Shown in pieces: positions 21,013 through 30,646 of a DNA stretch of 64,000 nucleotides. The notes below the pieces were generated by a model, which was not told the origin of the DNA, did no database searches, and was given only the letters and a program-made list of their open reading frames with translations. The first letter of the stretch is position 1. Every line of letters begins with the position of its first letter. The stretch is from Clostridia bacterium (GTDB lineage: Bacteria; Bacillota; Clostridia; TANB77; CAG-465): contig JAZUNZ010000018.1 in assembly GCA_045604405.1 (NCBI GenBank), positions 69,519 through 133,518 of the forward strand, given 5' to 3'. Made by a program: the position numbers and the translations under genes.

Positions 21013-21861
21013 ATGAAGGCAGACTTAGAGCTTAATCTTAAATGCTTCAATCTAAAATACACTTTAGAATGTGGACAGTGTTTTAGATGGAAAGCCTTAA
21101 ATGACAACGAATATGTAGGAGTTATTGAGGATAGGGCGATACGCATAAAGCAAGATGGGGATAAAGTGTTTATTTGGTCAAATGAAAAGAGAAATCTTAA
21201 AGCAGTTGTGGAAAACTATTTTGATTTTAACAAAAATTATGAGGCTATAGAAGCTGAAATCGCAAAAATAGATAAAAATATAGCTAGGTCTTTAAAATTT
21301 TCTAGCGGAATCCATATATTGAATCAGCCGTTGTTTGAAACAATAATTTCGTATATAATTTCTGCAAATAATAATATAAAAAGAATAAGCCGTTCAGTAG
21401 ATGAAATAAGTAAAAGATTTGGAAAAGAAATAGAATTTGAAGGTAAAAAATATTACCTTTTTCCAACATTAGAGGAAATAAAAAATGTTACAATGGATGA
21501 TTTGTTAGCAGTAGGAACTGGATTTAGGGCAAGATATATTAAACATGACATTGAATATTTTTTAGCAAACCCAGATTTTATTTGTAGTTTAAACTCATAT
21601 AATACAGAAGAATGTACAAAAGCACTTTCTAGCCTTATGGGCATTGGGCCTAAAGTAGCGGATTGTATAATGTTATTTTCGTTAGGAAAAGGGGAAGTTT
21701 TCCCAATAGATGTTTGGGTAAAACGCATAATGGAAAAATTATATTTTAGAGAAAATAAGAGCTTAAAAGAAATAAAAAAATATGCAAATGAAAACTTTGG
21801 AAAGCATGCTGGAATTGTTCAACAACATTTATTCCATAATGTAAGAGAGTCAAACATATAG
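21013..21861 (+). CDS. ogg: 8-oxoguanine DNA glycosylase/AP lyase (HhH-GPD, clostridial/archaeal Ogg type)
   Basis: ECGQCFRW N-terminal motif, HhH region LMGIGPKVADCIMLF, catalytic-region PIDVW. Confidence 0.75.
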   Translation: MKADLELNLKCFNLKYTLECGQCFRWKALNDNEYVGVIEDRAIRIKQDGDKVFIWSNEKRNLKAVVENYFDFNKNYEAIEAEIAKIDKNIARSLKFSSGIHILNQPLFETIISYIISANNNIKRISRSVDEISKRFGKEIEFEGKKYYLFPTLEEIKNVTMDDLLAVGTGFRARYIKHDIEYFLANPDFICSLNSYNTEECTKALSSLMGIGPKVADCIMLFSLGKGEVFPIDVWVKRIMEKLYFRENKSLKEIKKYANENFGKHAGIVQQHLFHNVRESNI

Positions 21862-21870
21862 GGGGAAAGA

Positions 21871-22506
21871 ATGAATAAAAAAATAATAATTATTATAGGT
21901 ATAGTTTTAGTATTAATAATTGGCGCCGTAGTTGGAATTGTAGTTGTTAATAAGTTAAATTCGGCACAAGTAAATAATGGTGGCGAAAATGATATAACAA
22001 ATCAAATATCTAATGATTCTAGTAAATTAGGGACATATCTAAGTGGTTTAACAAACAATTATTATATAAAATATTCTGGAGATTTTAAAAGTAATTCGGG
22101 CGAAAGTATAAATGCAATAGTGGAATATACTAAAGATGGTAAAGATTTTGCTTTAAAATCAACTGCACTAGATATGCATTTGATATGTACAGAAGATAAA
22201 TTATATAGCATATCTCACACATATAAAATGATAGTAGAGATGAATAAAGAAAGTTTTGATATTAGTGAATATAATCCTGCATCAAACATAGGACAAACAT
22301 TTATAAAGTCATATAAAGAAAGCTTAAATAATACAGAGTATGATGTTGAAGAGTATACATACAAAGGGAATACTGTTAAATATTACTTTAAAGGAACGGA
22401 CCTAAGAATAATTAGATATAATTCATCAGAGATATTAATAATACGTGTGGAGAAAAATACAAATACAAATCTTTTAGTAAAACCTAACGGTTATTCTAAC
22501 ATTTAA
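21871..22506 (+). CDS. membrane-anchored hypothetical protein
   Basis: N-terminal TM helix followed by a soluble domain. No recognised motif. Confidence 0.55.
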   Translation: MNKKIIIIIGIVLVLIIGAVVGIVVVNKLNSAQVNNGGENDITNQISNDSSKLGTYLSGLTNNYYIKYSGDFKSNSGESINAIVEYTKDGKDFALKSTALDMHLICTEDKLYSISHTYKMIVEMNKESFDISEYNPASNIGQTFIKSYKESLNNTEYDVEEYTYKGNTVKYYFKGTDLRIIRYNSSEILIIRVEKNTNTNLLVKPNGYSNI

Positions 22507-22540
22507 AGTGTAATTGTGTTATATAAAAAGGAGATATCAT

Positions 22541-23158
22541 ATGGAAAATATACCAAAATCAAATCAAATTAAAATAATAATTACTTTTATATTAGTTGCA
22601 ATAATTATCACTCTTATAGTGTTATACAAAGATCAACTTTTTAAATTAAATAATAATATGACAGATAGTGAAAAATTTTATACAGAATATAACGGAGTGC
22701 CGGTAAATAATGTATATAAATACACTACAGCTAAAGAGGCAATAGAACTATTTAAGTCTGATCTTGCAATAATTTTCTTTGGCTTTAAAGAATGTAAATG
22801 GTGCCAAAGCTATGTACCAATGTTAGACCAATATGCAAAACAAAACAATATTAATACAATATATTATGTAGATATTAAAGAGGATAGAGCAAACAATACA
22901 CAAGAATATAAAGAATTAGTACAGCTGTTAAATAAATATCTTGCTGATGATGAAAACGGAAATAAAAGAATTTATGTACCAGATGTATATTTTGTGCAAG
23001 AAGGTAAAATCATAGGGCATAATAACGATACAAGTATGGAAGAGGGAGCAGACACACAAACGTATTATGATGAGCATGGAAATGAGTTAAAAGAAAAAAT
23101 AAGCGGCTTATTTAATAAAATAAATGTCACATGTGATGATACTGGAAAAGGCTGTTAA
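22541..23158 (+). CDS. membrane-anchored thioredoxin-like protein
   Basis: ATG follows AAAGGAGA. TM helix and CKWC redox-type motif. Confidence 0.6.
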   Translation: MENIPKSNQIKIIITFILVAIIITLIVLYKDQLFKLNNNMTDSEKFYTEYNGVPVNNVYKYTTAKEAIELFKSDLAIIFFGFKECKWCQSYVPMLDQYAKQNNINTIYYVDIKEDRANNTQEYKELVQLLNKYLADDENGNKRIYVPDVYFVQEGKIIGHNNDTSMEEGADTQTYYDEHGNELKEKISGLFNKINVTCDDTGKGC

Positions 23159-23256
23159 TGGGATAAGTAAATCTTATCTCATTTTTTCGTCGCTTGGTAA
23201 GTATAAAAAGGGGACAACGTGAATATATATAATATTAAGTCTAAGGAGGAAAAGTT

Positions 23257-23535
23257 ATGGAAGAAAAAAAGAATATGACGCCACACAACTTAATAATGGA
23301 AAATAGAGAAAAGTTAACTCTTACAGGAGTTGTAGATATTCACAGCTTTGATGATGAGCTTGTACTTGTTGAAACGGCAATGGGAATTCTTACTGTAAAA
23401 GGAATAGATTTAAAAATGAATAAATTAAATTTAGATAACAATGAATTAGTGGTAGAGGGAAGAATATCTGCGTTAGTATATAGTGAAGCAGAGATAGCAA
23501 AAAAAGGCGGCATGTTTGGAAAAATATTTAAGTAG
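23257..23535 (+). CDS. yabP: sporulation protein YabP
   Basis: HNLIMENREKLTLTGV...VKGIDLKMNKLNLDNNELVVEG pattern, 92 aa, followed by yabQ. Confidence 0.85.
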   Translation: MEEKKNMTPHNLIMENREKLTLTGVVDIHSFDDELVLVETAMGILTVKGIDLKMNKLNLDNNELVVEGRISALVYSEAEIAKKGGMFGKIFK

Positions 23536-23542
23536 GTGAGTT

Positions 23543-24055
23543 ATGACAATTTCTCAGGAAACAACGGTATTTTTGATATTTGTAGTAATAGGCATGTTGT
23601 TTAGCGTTATATTTGACGTATTTAGAGCTATACGCAAAGTAACCAAATTTAAAAATAGAACTATATATATTCAAGATATACTTTACTTTTTAATAATAGG
23701 GTTAATACTTCTTTTAGTAATAGTTAATTATATGGATACTGAGCTTAGGGTTTATTTAATACTTGCAATAATCTTAGGAGTAGTTATATACATTAGCACA
23801 GTTGGAAATCTAGTCGTGAATCTAATTATAAAACTAATAAAAGTAAGTAGGGAAGTAGTAGAATTTTTAGTATTGCCTATTACTTTGTATACTCAGATTT
23901 TTGAAAAAGAAATTGTTATTTTGAAAAAATATGTAATAAAGTGTTGCAAAAAAATAAAGTATATGATAAATTTAAATCATATTAAAACGAAATTTAGAAT
24001 TTTTAGAACAAAAGAGGATTGTATAAATGGTAAGAGCGGGAGTGCACAAAACTAA
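23543..24055 (+). CDS. yabQ: spore cortex biosynthesis protein YabQ
   Basis: Small polytopic membrane protein immediately after yabP (conserved synteny). Confidence 0.7.
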   Translation: MTISQETTVFLIFVVIGMLFSVIFDVFRAIRKVTKFKNRTIYIQDILYFLIIGLILLLVIVNYMDTELRVYLILAIILGVVIYISTVGNLVVNLIIKLIKVSREVVEFLVLPITLYTQIFEKEIVILKKYVIKCCKKIKYMINLNHIKTKFRIFRTKEDCINGKSGSAQN

Positions 24056-24329
24056 AAAAAGGTATAAAGTGGATTATTTAAGAGTAATCCTGGTTGTTGC
24101 GCTCATTTTTTTTGCAATCACTTTTGTAAAACAACAATTTGAAATTAATGAATATAATGTAAAAATAAATAGTATAAAACAAGACATAGAATCTGCCAAA
24201 CAAAAGACTGCGGAACTAAAATCTGTAGAAAACAAAGTAAATGATTCTGAATATATAGAACAAATAGCAAGAACAGAGCTTGGACTTGTTAAACCATATG
24301 AAAAAATATTTATAGATGTAGACAAATAA
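24027..24329 (+). CDS. septum formation initiator (DivIC/FtsB family)
   Basis: TM helix plus coiled coil, C-terminal IARTELGLVKPYEKIF motif. In the yabP-yabQ-divIC synteny. Confidence 0.75.
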   Translation: MVRAGVHKTKKRYKVDYLRVILVVALIFFAITFVKQQFEINEYNVKINSIKQDIESAKQKTAELKSVENKVNDSEYIEQIARTELGLVKPYEKIFIDVDK

Positions 24330-24355
24330 AAGCAATTGGTGTAAACCAGTTGCTT

Positions 24356-25018
24356 TTATGCATCTATGATTCTTTCTTCCTTTAATGTTACAGTTACAGT
24401 ATATCCGTCGGTATATGTACATATCATTATGTTTGAGTCGGAAGTATTTATAAATTTAAAATCTGGGCCGCCAGAATATACAGTTGCATCTTTATCTTTT
24501 GGCACATAATATACACGCCTACTGTGAGCATGTCTTTCGGTTACTTCTAAATTCGCTATAAGAACAGCATTGTACAAAGTACTACTTATTTGACATATTC
24601 CTCCACCGTACATTTTTATTTTATTTCCATTGCTGTCGAAACCAACAGCTTTTTTGTATCCGTCAGTGGCTCCCATGTCACCCATTTTGTTGTTAAATGA
24701 GAATTCTTGATTAGGAGCCACTATATGACCATCTAGCCTTTCGCATGCAAGTTTAATATTATACATTCTATTTTTATCTTTATCATATATATTTGTTGTA
24801 TATGTTGCAATTTCTTCATATGTTTTCTTAAGATTTGTTATCTTGTTTTGTTCAATTATTTCTTCTGTATGTTCATGGTAGATACTAGAATCAATATCAT
24901 TGTTGTTAGAGTTATTTATTGCGCTATTTGTATTTAAGAAATATATTATTGTAAATATTGCAAATAATATTATTATAATAGCAGCAATTATTGTTGTAGT
25001 ATCTTGAGTTTTTTGCAT
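24356..25018 (-). CDS. VanW-family protein
   Basis: N-terminal TM helix. GGGICQISSTLYNA and ERHAHS motifs typical of the VanW domain. Confidence 0.75.
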   Translation of the reverse strand: MQKTQDTTTIIAAIIIILFAIFTIIYFLNTNSAINNSNNNDIDSSIYHEHTEEIIEQNKITNLKKTYEEIATYTTNIYDKDKNRMYNIKLACERLDGHIVAPNQEFSFNNKMGDMGATDGYKKAVGFDSNGNKIKMYGGGICQISSTLYNAVLIANLEVTERHAHSRRVYYVPKDKDATVYSGGPDFKFINTSDSNIMICTYTDGYTVTVTLKEERIIDA

Positions 25019-25104
25019 TTTGAACCTCCATGAATATTTTGGGCCAAAATATAAAAAATATTCAAAAGAAAAGCAAATCTACCACAAGTAGACTTGCAAT
25101 CGTA

Positions 25105-25263
25105 TTAATTGTTGCAGAAACAGAAAATTAGAACAATTATAACTAAAATCCATATCCAGCTACAACTAGAACCGCAACTGTTATTATTGCTACAACAAGT
25201 GTCATAACAATTAAAATTGTTTGATGTATTAGAACAACTATTTTGATTATTTGAATTACTCAT
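25105..25263 (-). CDS. small Cys/Asn/Ser-rich membrane-tailed peptide (52 aa), not in ORF track
   Basis: My translation is MSNSNNQNSCSNTSNNFNCYDTCCSNNNSCGSSCSWIWILVIIVLIFCFCNN. GGAGGA lies 7 nt upstream of the ATG. Confidence 0.45.
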   Translation of the reverse strand: MSNSNNQNSCSNTSNNFNCYDTCCSNNNSCGSSCSWIWILVIIVLIFCFCNN

Positions 25264-25492
25264 AAATCATTCCTCCAATTCTTTTTACAATATATTATAC
25301 AGGGGACAAATTAAGTGTTACTTACAGTATGTACTAAATTTTATTCGTGAAATATTATAAAAACAATGTGAAATGTATTATTCGACTTGCAAAAGGATAA
25401 ATTTCTTTTTCGCGAAAGCAAAATTGAGTTTTGTGGAACTTTTTATAATATAGATAAAATTATAATATAAAATGTAAATAGAGGTCGAACAA

Positions 25493-26110
25493 TTGATAGA
25501 AAAAATAAGTAACAAAATACTAGAGTTAATTTCAAATAAAGAACAGACAGAAGACGAAAGACAAATATTATTATTTGGGATAACAAGAATAGTAGAAGAT
25601 ATACCAAAAACAATAGGTATAATAATAATAGGATTAATACTTGGAATACTAAAGGAAATGGCAATAGTTACACTAGTTATAGCAGTATACAAAACTTTTA
25701 CTGGAGGAGTACATGCAAAAACAAACTGGGGATGCTTTGCTTATTCGTTAGTATTTTATTTAACTATAATTTACACATCAAAATATTTAATTTTAATTGG
25801 AATGGCTAAATATAGTATGTTTGCAATAATATATATATTCTCAGTGTACACAATACTTGTTTATGTGCCAGCAGATGTTCCAGAAATTCCAAAAGTGAAC
25901 TTAAAGTTAAGGAAGCAATTGAAAATAAAGTCATATGTAATGTTAAACATAATATACTTAATTGCCATATTTGTTATAAAAGATACAATAATACAAAACT
26001 TATTAATTTATTCAGTGTTATATATAGGAGTGATGACAACAAGGACAATATATCATTTGTTTAAAGCGGAATATGGATTTGAAACATATATTCCAGACGA
26101 ATTAATTTAG
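25493..26110 (+). CDS. agrB: accessory gene regulator B (AgrB peptidase)
   Basis: Polytopic protein. GGVHAKTNWGC retains the His...Cys catalytic pair spacing of AgrB. Followed by a short precursor ORF. Confidence 0.85.
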   Translation: MIEKISNKILELISNKEQTEDERQILLFGITRIVEDIPKTIGIIIIGLILGILKEMAIVTLVIAVYKTFTGGVHAKTNWGCFAYSLVFYLTIIYTSKYLILIGMAKYSMFAIIYIFSVYTILVYVPADVPEIPKVNLKLRKQLKIKSYVMLNIIYLIAIFVIKDTIIQNLLIYSVLYIGVMTTRTIYHLFKAEYGFETYIPDELI

Positions 26111-26166
26111 GTTAATAGTATCGGCCATGGAGATACTTTTAATAGATAAACAAGGAGGATAAATAT

Positions 26167-26277
26167 ATGAAAAAACTTATAGCTAAATTAGTAGAAGCAT
26201 ATGCTAAATCTACTACAACTTCATCAATGTTATGGTTCTTTCACGCTACAAAAGCGCCAAGAAGTTTAGTAAAATAA
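26167..26277 (+). CDS. agrD: AgrD-like autoinducing peptide precursor (36 aa, no Cys)
   Basis: AAGGAGGA RBS. MKKLIAKLVEAYAKSTTTSSMLWFFHATKAPRSLVK. Its position after agrB and the LWF..H...P+SL core resemble clostridial AgrD. Confidence 0.6.
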   Translation: MKKLIAKLVEAYAKSTTTSSMLWFFHATKAPRSLVK

Positions 26278-26401
26278 TTAAAACAATAACTGCAGAACTA
26301 ATAAAGTATTAAACGTAGAATAAATATATTAATAACAAACAATAAAATTAAAATAAATGGAATAAAGTAATGTTCCAACCAACAACAAAGTACGATGGTA
26401 T

Positions 26402-27790
26402 TTAAGCCACCGTACTTTTTAAAATGCTTTCATCTAATTCTAAATTAGAGGTAGATTTAATGGTTAATGTCTGAGTAAATAGCATATCTGTTTTGTCTAT
26501 TGTAGTAACAATATAACTTTGAGGATTTTGCTTTAAGAATTTATTTACTTCATATAGTCCAAATCCAGAAGGATTTTCCTTAGTAGAATAATTCTTAGTG
26601 AATATTTTATCTGTATCTATGTTTGTACTGGTTATAGAATTAGAAATTACAATAATATCTACGTTCCTATCGTAATCGTGATGCATATTTAATGTTAATT
26701 TTTTATCTTCAGTTTGTTCTCCGGCTTCTATAGCATTATCTAGCAGTATTCCTAATATTCTAGACAATTCAAATTTTGGGAAATTAATATTTGAAACGCT
26801 AGTATTAATATCTAAAGATAATGTCATGTTTTTATCTCTTGCAATAAGGATTTTGTTTACAACAACACCATATATTGCAGGGTCGTCTATAACTTTTGGT
26901 GAAAGAATAGACAATACGTTTATATCATTAAAACCAATTACAAGATTTTGACAATATTTTTTAGCGCCCTCTGAATCATTAATTGCTATGTATCCTAATA
27001 TAGCTTGTACAATATTACCCATATCATGTTTAAACCCACGAACACCTTCGTTTACTTTAGATAATGTTTCATTATGAATAATAGTGTTTGCCAATGCTAA
27101 TTCTGTATTTTCGTGTTTGGCAACAAATTTTAAATTGTATATACCTACAAAAGCAACTACTAACAATTGTAATAAATTTATTATTATAAAAAGAGCAGAA
27201 TATTTAAAATAATTAAACATTAGTAAAGCCATTGTCGGAAACATACATATAATTATAGCAATTAGTTGTGGAATAAAATATTTTAATTTGTTTTCCATAC
27301 TAGCTATTGTTGTGTTGTAAATATTTGCTATTTTGTATATGGCAAAGCCAATTACCGCTTCACTTAAGGATATGCAACAACCATAAATACCATTATAATA
27401 AATATTTGAAACAATTGTTATTGGTTGAATATCAAATACTTTTAAGGTTAAAATTGACAATACTTCAAGCACAGCAGAAATTGCTAAAGTTAAGATAGAG
27501 ATAATAACACTTTTATACACTTTAATATCATATACAAGTTTAGCGCTTAAAGCATTTAATACCATATATGTAATTGATTTTAACCATTTCATATCAGGTA
27601 AAAACAAATGTATGAATTTACTAATTACGTATGAAATCAAAATGGCTATCCAATACTTAAAAAATTTCTTGTGTGAAAGTATGTTGTCAGATTTATTTAC
27701 TATATAGAAGAGAACTGCTGACAAATAAGCAACACACAAGGATTCTACAACCCCTAAAATTAAATTTAACCCAATTTCCAATAAACTCAT
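26402..27790 (-). CDS. agrC: AgrC-like sensor histidine kinase (HPK10/GHKL)
   Basis: About 6 N-terminal TM segments, FKHDMGN phospho-acceptor box, C-terminal ATPase (LDNAIEA ... GFGLYEV). Confidence 0.8.
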   Translation of the reverse strand: MSLLEIGLNLILGVVESLCVAYLSAVLFYIVNKSDNILSHKKFFKYWIAILISYVISKFIHLFLPDMKWLKSITYMVLNALSAKLVYDIKVYKSVIISILTLAISAVLEVLSILTLKVFDIQPITIVSNIYYNGIYGCCISLSEAVIGFAIYKIANIYNTTIASMENKLKYFIPQLIAIIICMFPTMALLMFNYFKYSALFIIINLLQLLVVAFVGIYNLKFVAKHENTELALANTIIHNETLSKVNEGVRGFKHDMGNIVQAILGYIAINDSEGAKKYCQNLVIGFNDINVLSILSPKVIDDPAIYGVVVNKILIARDKNMTLSLDINTSVSNINFPKFELSRILGILLDNAIEAGEQTEDKKLTLNMHHDYDRNVDIIVISNSITSTNIDTDKIFTKNYSTKENPSGFGLYEVNKFLKQNPQSYIVTTIDKTDMLFTQTLTIKSTSNLELDESILKSTVA

Positions 27791-27807
27791 AATTACATCA
27801 TCTCCTC

Positions 27808-28482
27808 TTAAAATTTGTTATAAAGTTGTCCTAATGGACAAGTTAAATTATCACTAAAATATATAGATTTATTCTCTTTATTTATCTTAGCGATTTGTTC
27901 TTTGTTTACAATATAAGATCTATGAACCCTAACAAAACTATCTGGCAAATCATTTTCCAATGAGTTTAAAGAATAGCAAGTTTCATAAGTAGAATCTTTT
28001 GTATATATAGTCGCCTTAGATTTATTTCTTTCAATAAACAGAATATCTTTTGTTCTTACCATATAATCTTTATTAACTTTTAATAATCCTAATTCACATT
28101 CAGACAAATCTGTCATAAGTCTTTTTAACACATTAGTAATTTTGTTTATATCCATGGGCTTCATAATATAATCAAAAGTTTTACATTTGAAAGACAACAT
28201 CACATATTCAAAATGTGCAGTCATAAATATTAATTTAAAATCCTTATTAATTTCTCTAAGCTTTAATGCAAATTCAATTCCGTTCATGCCACCATTATTA
28301 AAATCTACATCTAAAAATAAAACATCAATCTCGTGATTACGTATTCTTTCAAATATAATATTTTGGTCGGTAGTAACCGCCATTACTTCTGCATCAAATT
28401 CATTAGATATAATAGCCGCCTCAGTAATCTTAGCAATTGCTTTAAGAGTTGGCAGCTCATCATCACATATCGCAATATTCAT
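27808..28482 (-). CDS. agrA: LytTR-family response regulator (AgrA-like)
   Basis: REC domain (MNIAICDD ... DVLFLDVDF) plus a LytTR DNA-binding domain (FVRVHRSYIVN). Confidence 0.85.
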   Translation of the reverse strand: MNIAICDDELPTLKAIAKITEAAIISNEFDAEVMAVTTDQNIIFERIRNHEIDVLFLDVDFNNGGMNGIEFALKLREINKDFKLIFMTAHFEYVMLSFKCKTFDYIMKPMDINKITNVLKRLMTDLSECELGLLKVNKDYMVRTKDILFIERNKSKATIYTKDSTYETCYSLNSLENDLPDSFVRVHRSYIVNKEQIAKINKENKSIYFSDNLTCPLGQLYNKF

Positions 28483-28634
28483 AAAATTTTAACCCCTATT
28501 ACATTTTTTTCCATAACTAATATGTTACCTATATTTTCCAGATTTTTCAAGTGTTACTTTAAATACTTAAAGAGTATATTACATTATTCATAAAAAGTCC
28601 AGCTTATGCGTACTATGTATTGGAGAGTGAGAAC

Positions 28635-28964
28635 GTGAAAGTCAAGAAACATAAGGCGTTTATAAACATTAGAAAGCTAAAAAAAGCAAATACAACAAAA
28701 GAAAAAATGGTGGATAGAATAGCAGATTTTTTAGAAATGCCAGGGGAACTTGTGGGAGATAATACAAAAATAACCTTAGTGGATAATAAGTATTTATATT
28801 TAGAGGGAAAGAATCAAATTATAGATTACTATGATCATTATATAAAAGTAAAAACAAAAAAGGTAACAATAACTTTAGATGGCAAAAAGATGGAAATTAA
28901 AGAAATAAATGATAATGAACTTGTAATTGAAGGGGAGCTATTAAACATATCATATAACAAGTGA
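28635..28964 (+). CDS. yqfC: sporulation protein YqfC
   Basis: LEMPGELVGDNTKITLVDNKYLYLEG pattern. GTG at 28635 lies 7 nt after GGAGAG. The start is uncertain (TTG 28620 and ATG 28707 are alternatives). Confidence 0.75.
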   Translation: MKVKKHKAFINIRKLKKANTTKEKMVDRIADFLEMPGELVGDNTKITLVDNKYLYLEGKNQIIDYYDHYIKVKTKKVTITLDGKKMEIKEINDNELVIEGELLNISYNK

Positions 28965-28972
28965 GGTAAAAG

Positions 28973-30145
28973 ATGAATGTAAGTAACTTTAGTACATACG
29001 TAAGAGCGGTAATAGAGGTTGAAGCAGAGGGCTTTTTTGTAGAAAGATTAATAAATCTATGTAAAATAAATAATATAAAAATATGGGATATAACGTATAT
29101 AAATGAAGGAAGAATAAGATTTTGTGTGGCGCCTAAGAATTTTAAAAAGCTAAAACCATACGTCAAGAAAAGCAAATGCAAATTAAAGATAAAAAAGAAA
29201 AAGGGAATATATTTTGATATGTTTAGATATAGAAAAAGAAAGCTAGCAGTATATTTAGTACTAGCTTTAGTTCTTTTTGCGTTTATAATGTCAAATTTTA
29301 TATGGAAGGTAAACATATCTGGCAATGAAAAAATTGCTACAAATACGATAGAGTCATTACTTAAAGATATGGGCGTTCATAGAGGGAAAATTAAATTTTT
29401 AATATCTAAAGGGAAAGTTGTAGATTTTTTAAGAGCAAATCTTTATGAAGCTGCGTGGGTAGGAGTAGATATCGATGGCACAGTAATGAATATTACTGTT
29501 AAAGAGAAAATAATATCCGAAGAAGAGGACAAAACATTCCCGGGCGATATTGTAGCTACAAAATCTGCTGTAATATCTAAAATTATTGCGGAAAATGGGA
29601 CTGCAAAATTTAAGACAGGAAGTTATATAACAGAAGGAAGTGTTGCAATAGAAGGGGTTATACAAAGCGAGATTTTGGAACCAACTTATGTTCATGCAAG
29701 CGGAATTTTAAGAGGGGTAGTAGAATATTCATTTGAAAAAGAATATAAATATGAAGAACAAATCAAAGAATATACAGGTAAATCAAGGCGTGGAGTGGGC
29801 ATAGGAATAAATAATAAAGAATTTTTAATAAAATATTTGCCAAAAGAAAATAAATATGATATAAATAGTAAGGCAAAAATATTTGATATTTTTAGTGTAA
29901 GCATTTCGTTTATTTTTAATACATATGATGAGTATATCTTAAAAGATATAGTAAAAACAAAAGAAGAACTTGTGCAAACAGGACAAAGTGATAGCACCCT
30001 ATATTTTGAGGAAATATTAACAAGTGATAGCAAAGTTGTAAATAGAGTTGAAGATCAAATAGAAACAGGAACGGGAATAATATATAAAGTTGTGTTAAGT
30101 GTCGAAGAAAACATAGGGAAATTCGTAAAGACAGGGGAAAATTAA
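28973..30145 (+). CDS. yqfD: stage IV sporulation protein YqfD
   Basis: 390 aa with a single central TM segment, directly after yqfC (conserved pair). Confidence 0.85.
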   Translation: MNVSNFSTYVRAVIEVEAEGFFVERLINLCKINNIKIWDITYINEGRIRFCVAPKNFKKLKPYVKKSKCKLKIKKKKGIYFDMFRYRKRKLAVYLVLALVLFAFIMSNFIWKVNISGNEKIATNTIESLLKDMGVHRGKIKFLISKGKVVDFLRANLYEAAWVGVDIDGTVMNITVKEKIISEEEDKTFPGDIVATKSAVISKIIAENGTAKFKTGSYITEGSVAIEGVIQSEILEPTYVHASGILRGVVEYSFEKEYKYEEQIKEYTGKSRRGVGIGINNKEFLIKYLPKENKYDINSKAKIFDIFSVSISFIFNTYDEYILKDIVKTKEELVQTGQSDSTLYFEEILTSDSKVVNRVEDQIETGTGIIYKVVLSVEENIGKFVKTGEN

Positions 30146-30148
30146 GAG

Positions 30149-30646
30149 ATGGGTATAAGTATAGATTATTACACTAATTATGAGATTCAAGAAATGATCG
30201 AAAAGTACAACAAATTTATTGAAGATTACAAGGATACAATTGATAAACTTGTAGCAAAGGCGTTCAAATTAGAAGGCTTTAGTATACCTAATGTATATAT
30301 AGGTATAGGTGTAGTTACCGAAGAAGAAATTAAACAAATTAATAGTGAATTTAGAAAGGTGGACGCTCCAACTGACGTCCTATCTTTCCCTATATTTTCG
30401 AAAGAAGAATTGGCTAAAATGAAAGAGGACAAGTATGATACAGAGACTTCTATAGGAGATATAGTTTTATGCATGGATGTTATTGAAAGACATGCGAAAG
30501 AATATGGGACAGGCTTTAATAGAGAAATGCTATATATGATAGTGCACGGTATATGTCATCTTTTAGGATATGACCACGAAATAGAGGACGAAAAGAAAGA
30601 AATGCGCATACTTGAAGAAAAAATATTAGAAGGATGTGAAAAGTAA
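30149..30646 (+). CDS. ybeY: rRNA maturation endoribonuclease YbeY
   Basis: HGICHLLGYDH zinc motif. TDVLSFP. Confidence 0.9.
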   Translation: MGISIDYYTNYEIQEMIEKYNKFIEDYKDTIDKLVAKAFKLEGFSIPNVYIGIGVVTEEEIKQINSEFRKVDAPTDVLSFPIFSKEELAKMKEDKYDTETSIGDIVLCMDVIERHAKEYGTGFNREMLYMIVHGICHLLGYDHEIEDEKKEMRILEEKILEGCEK

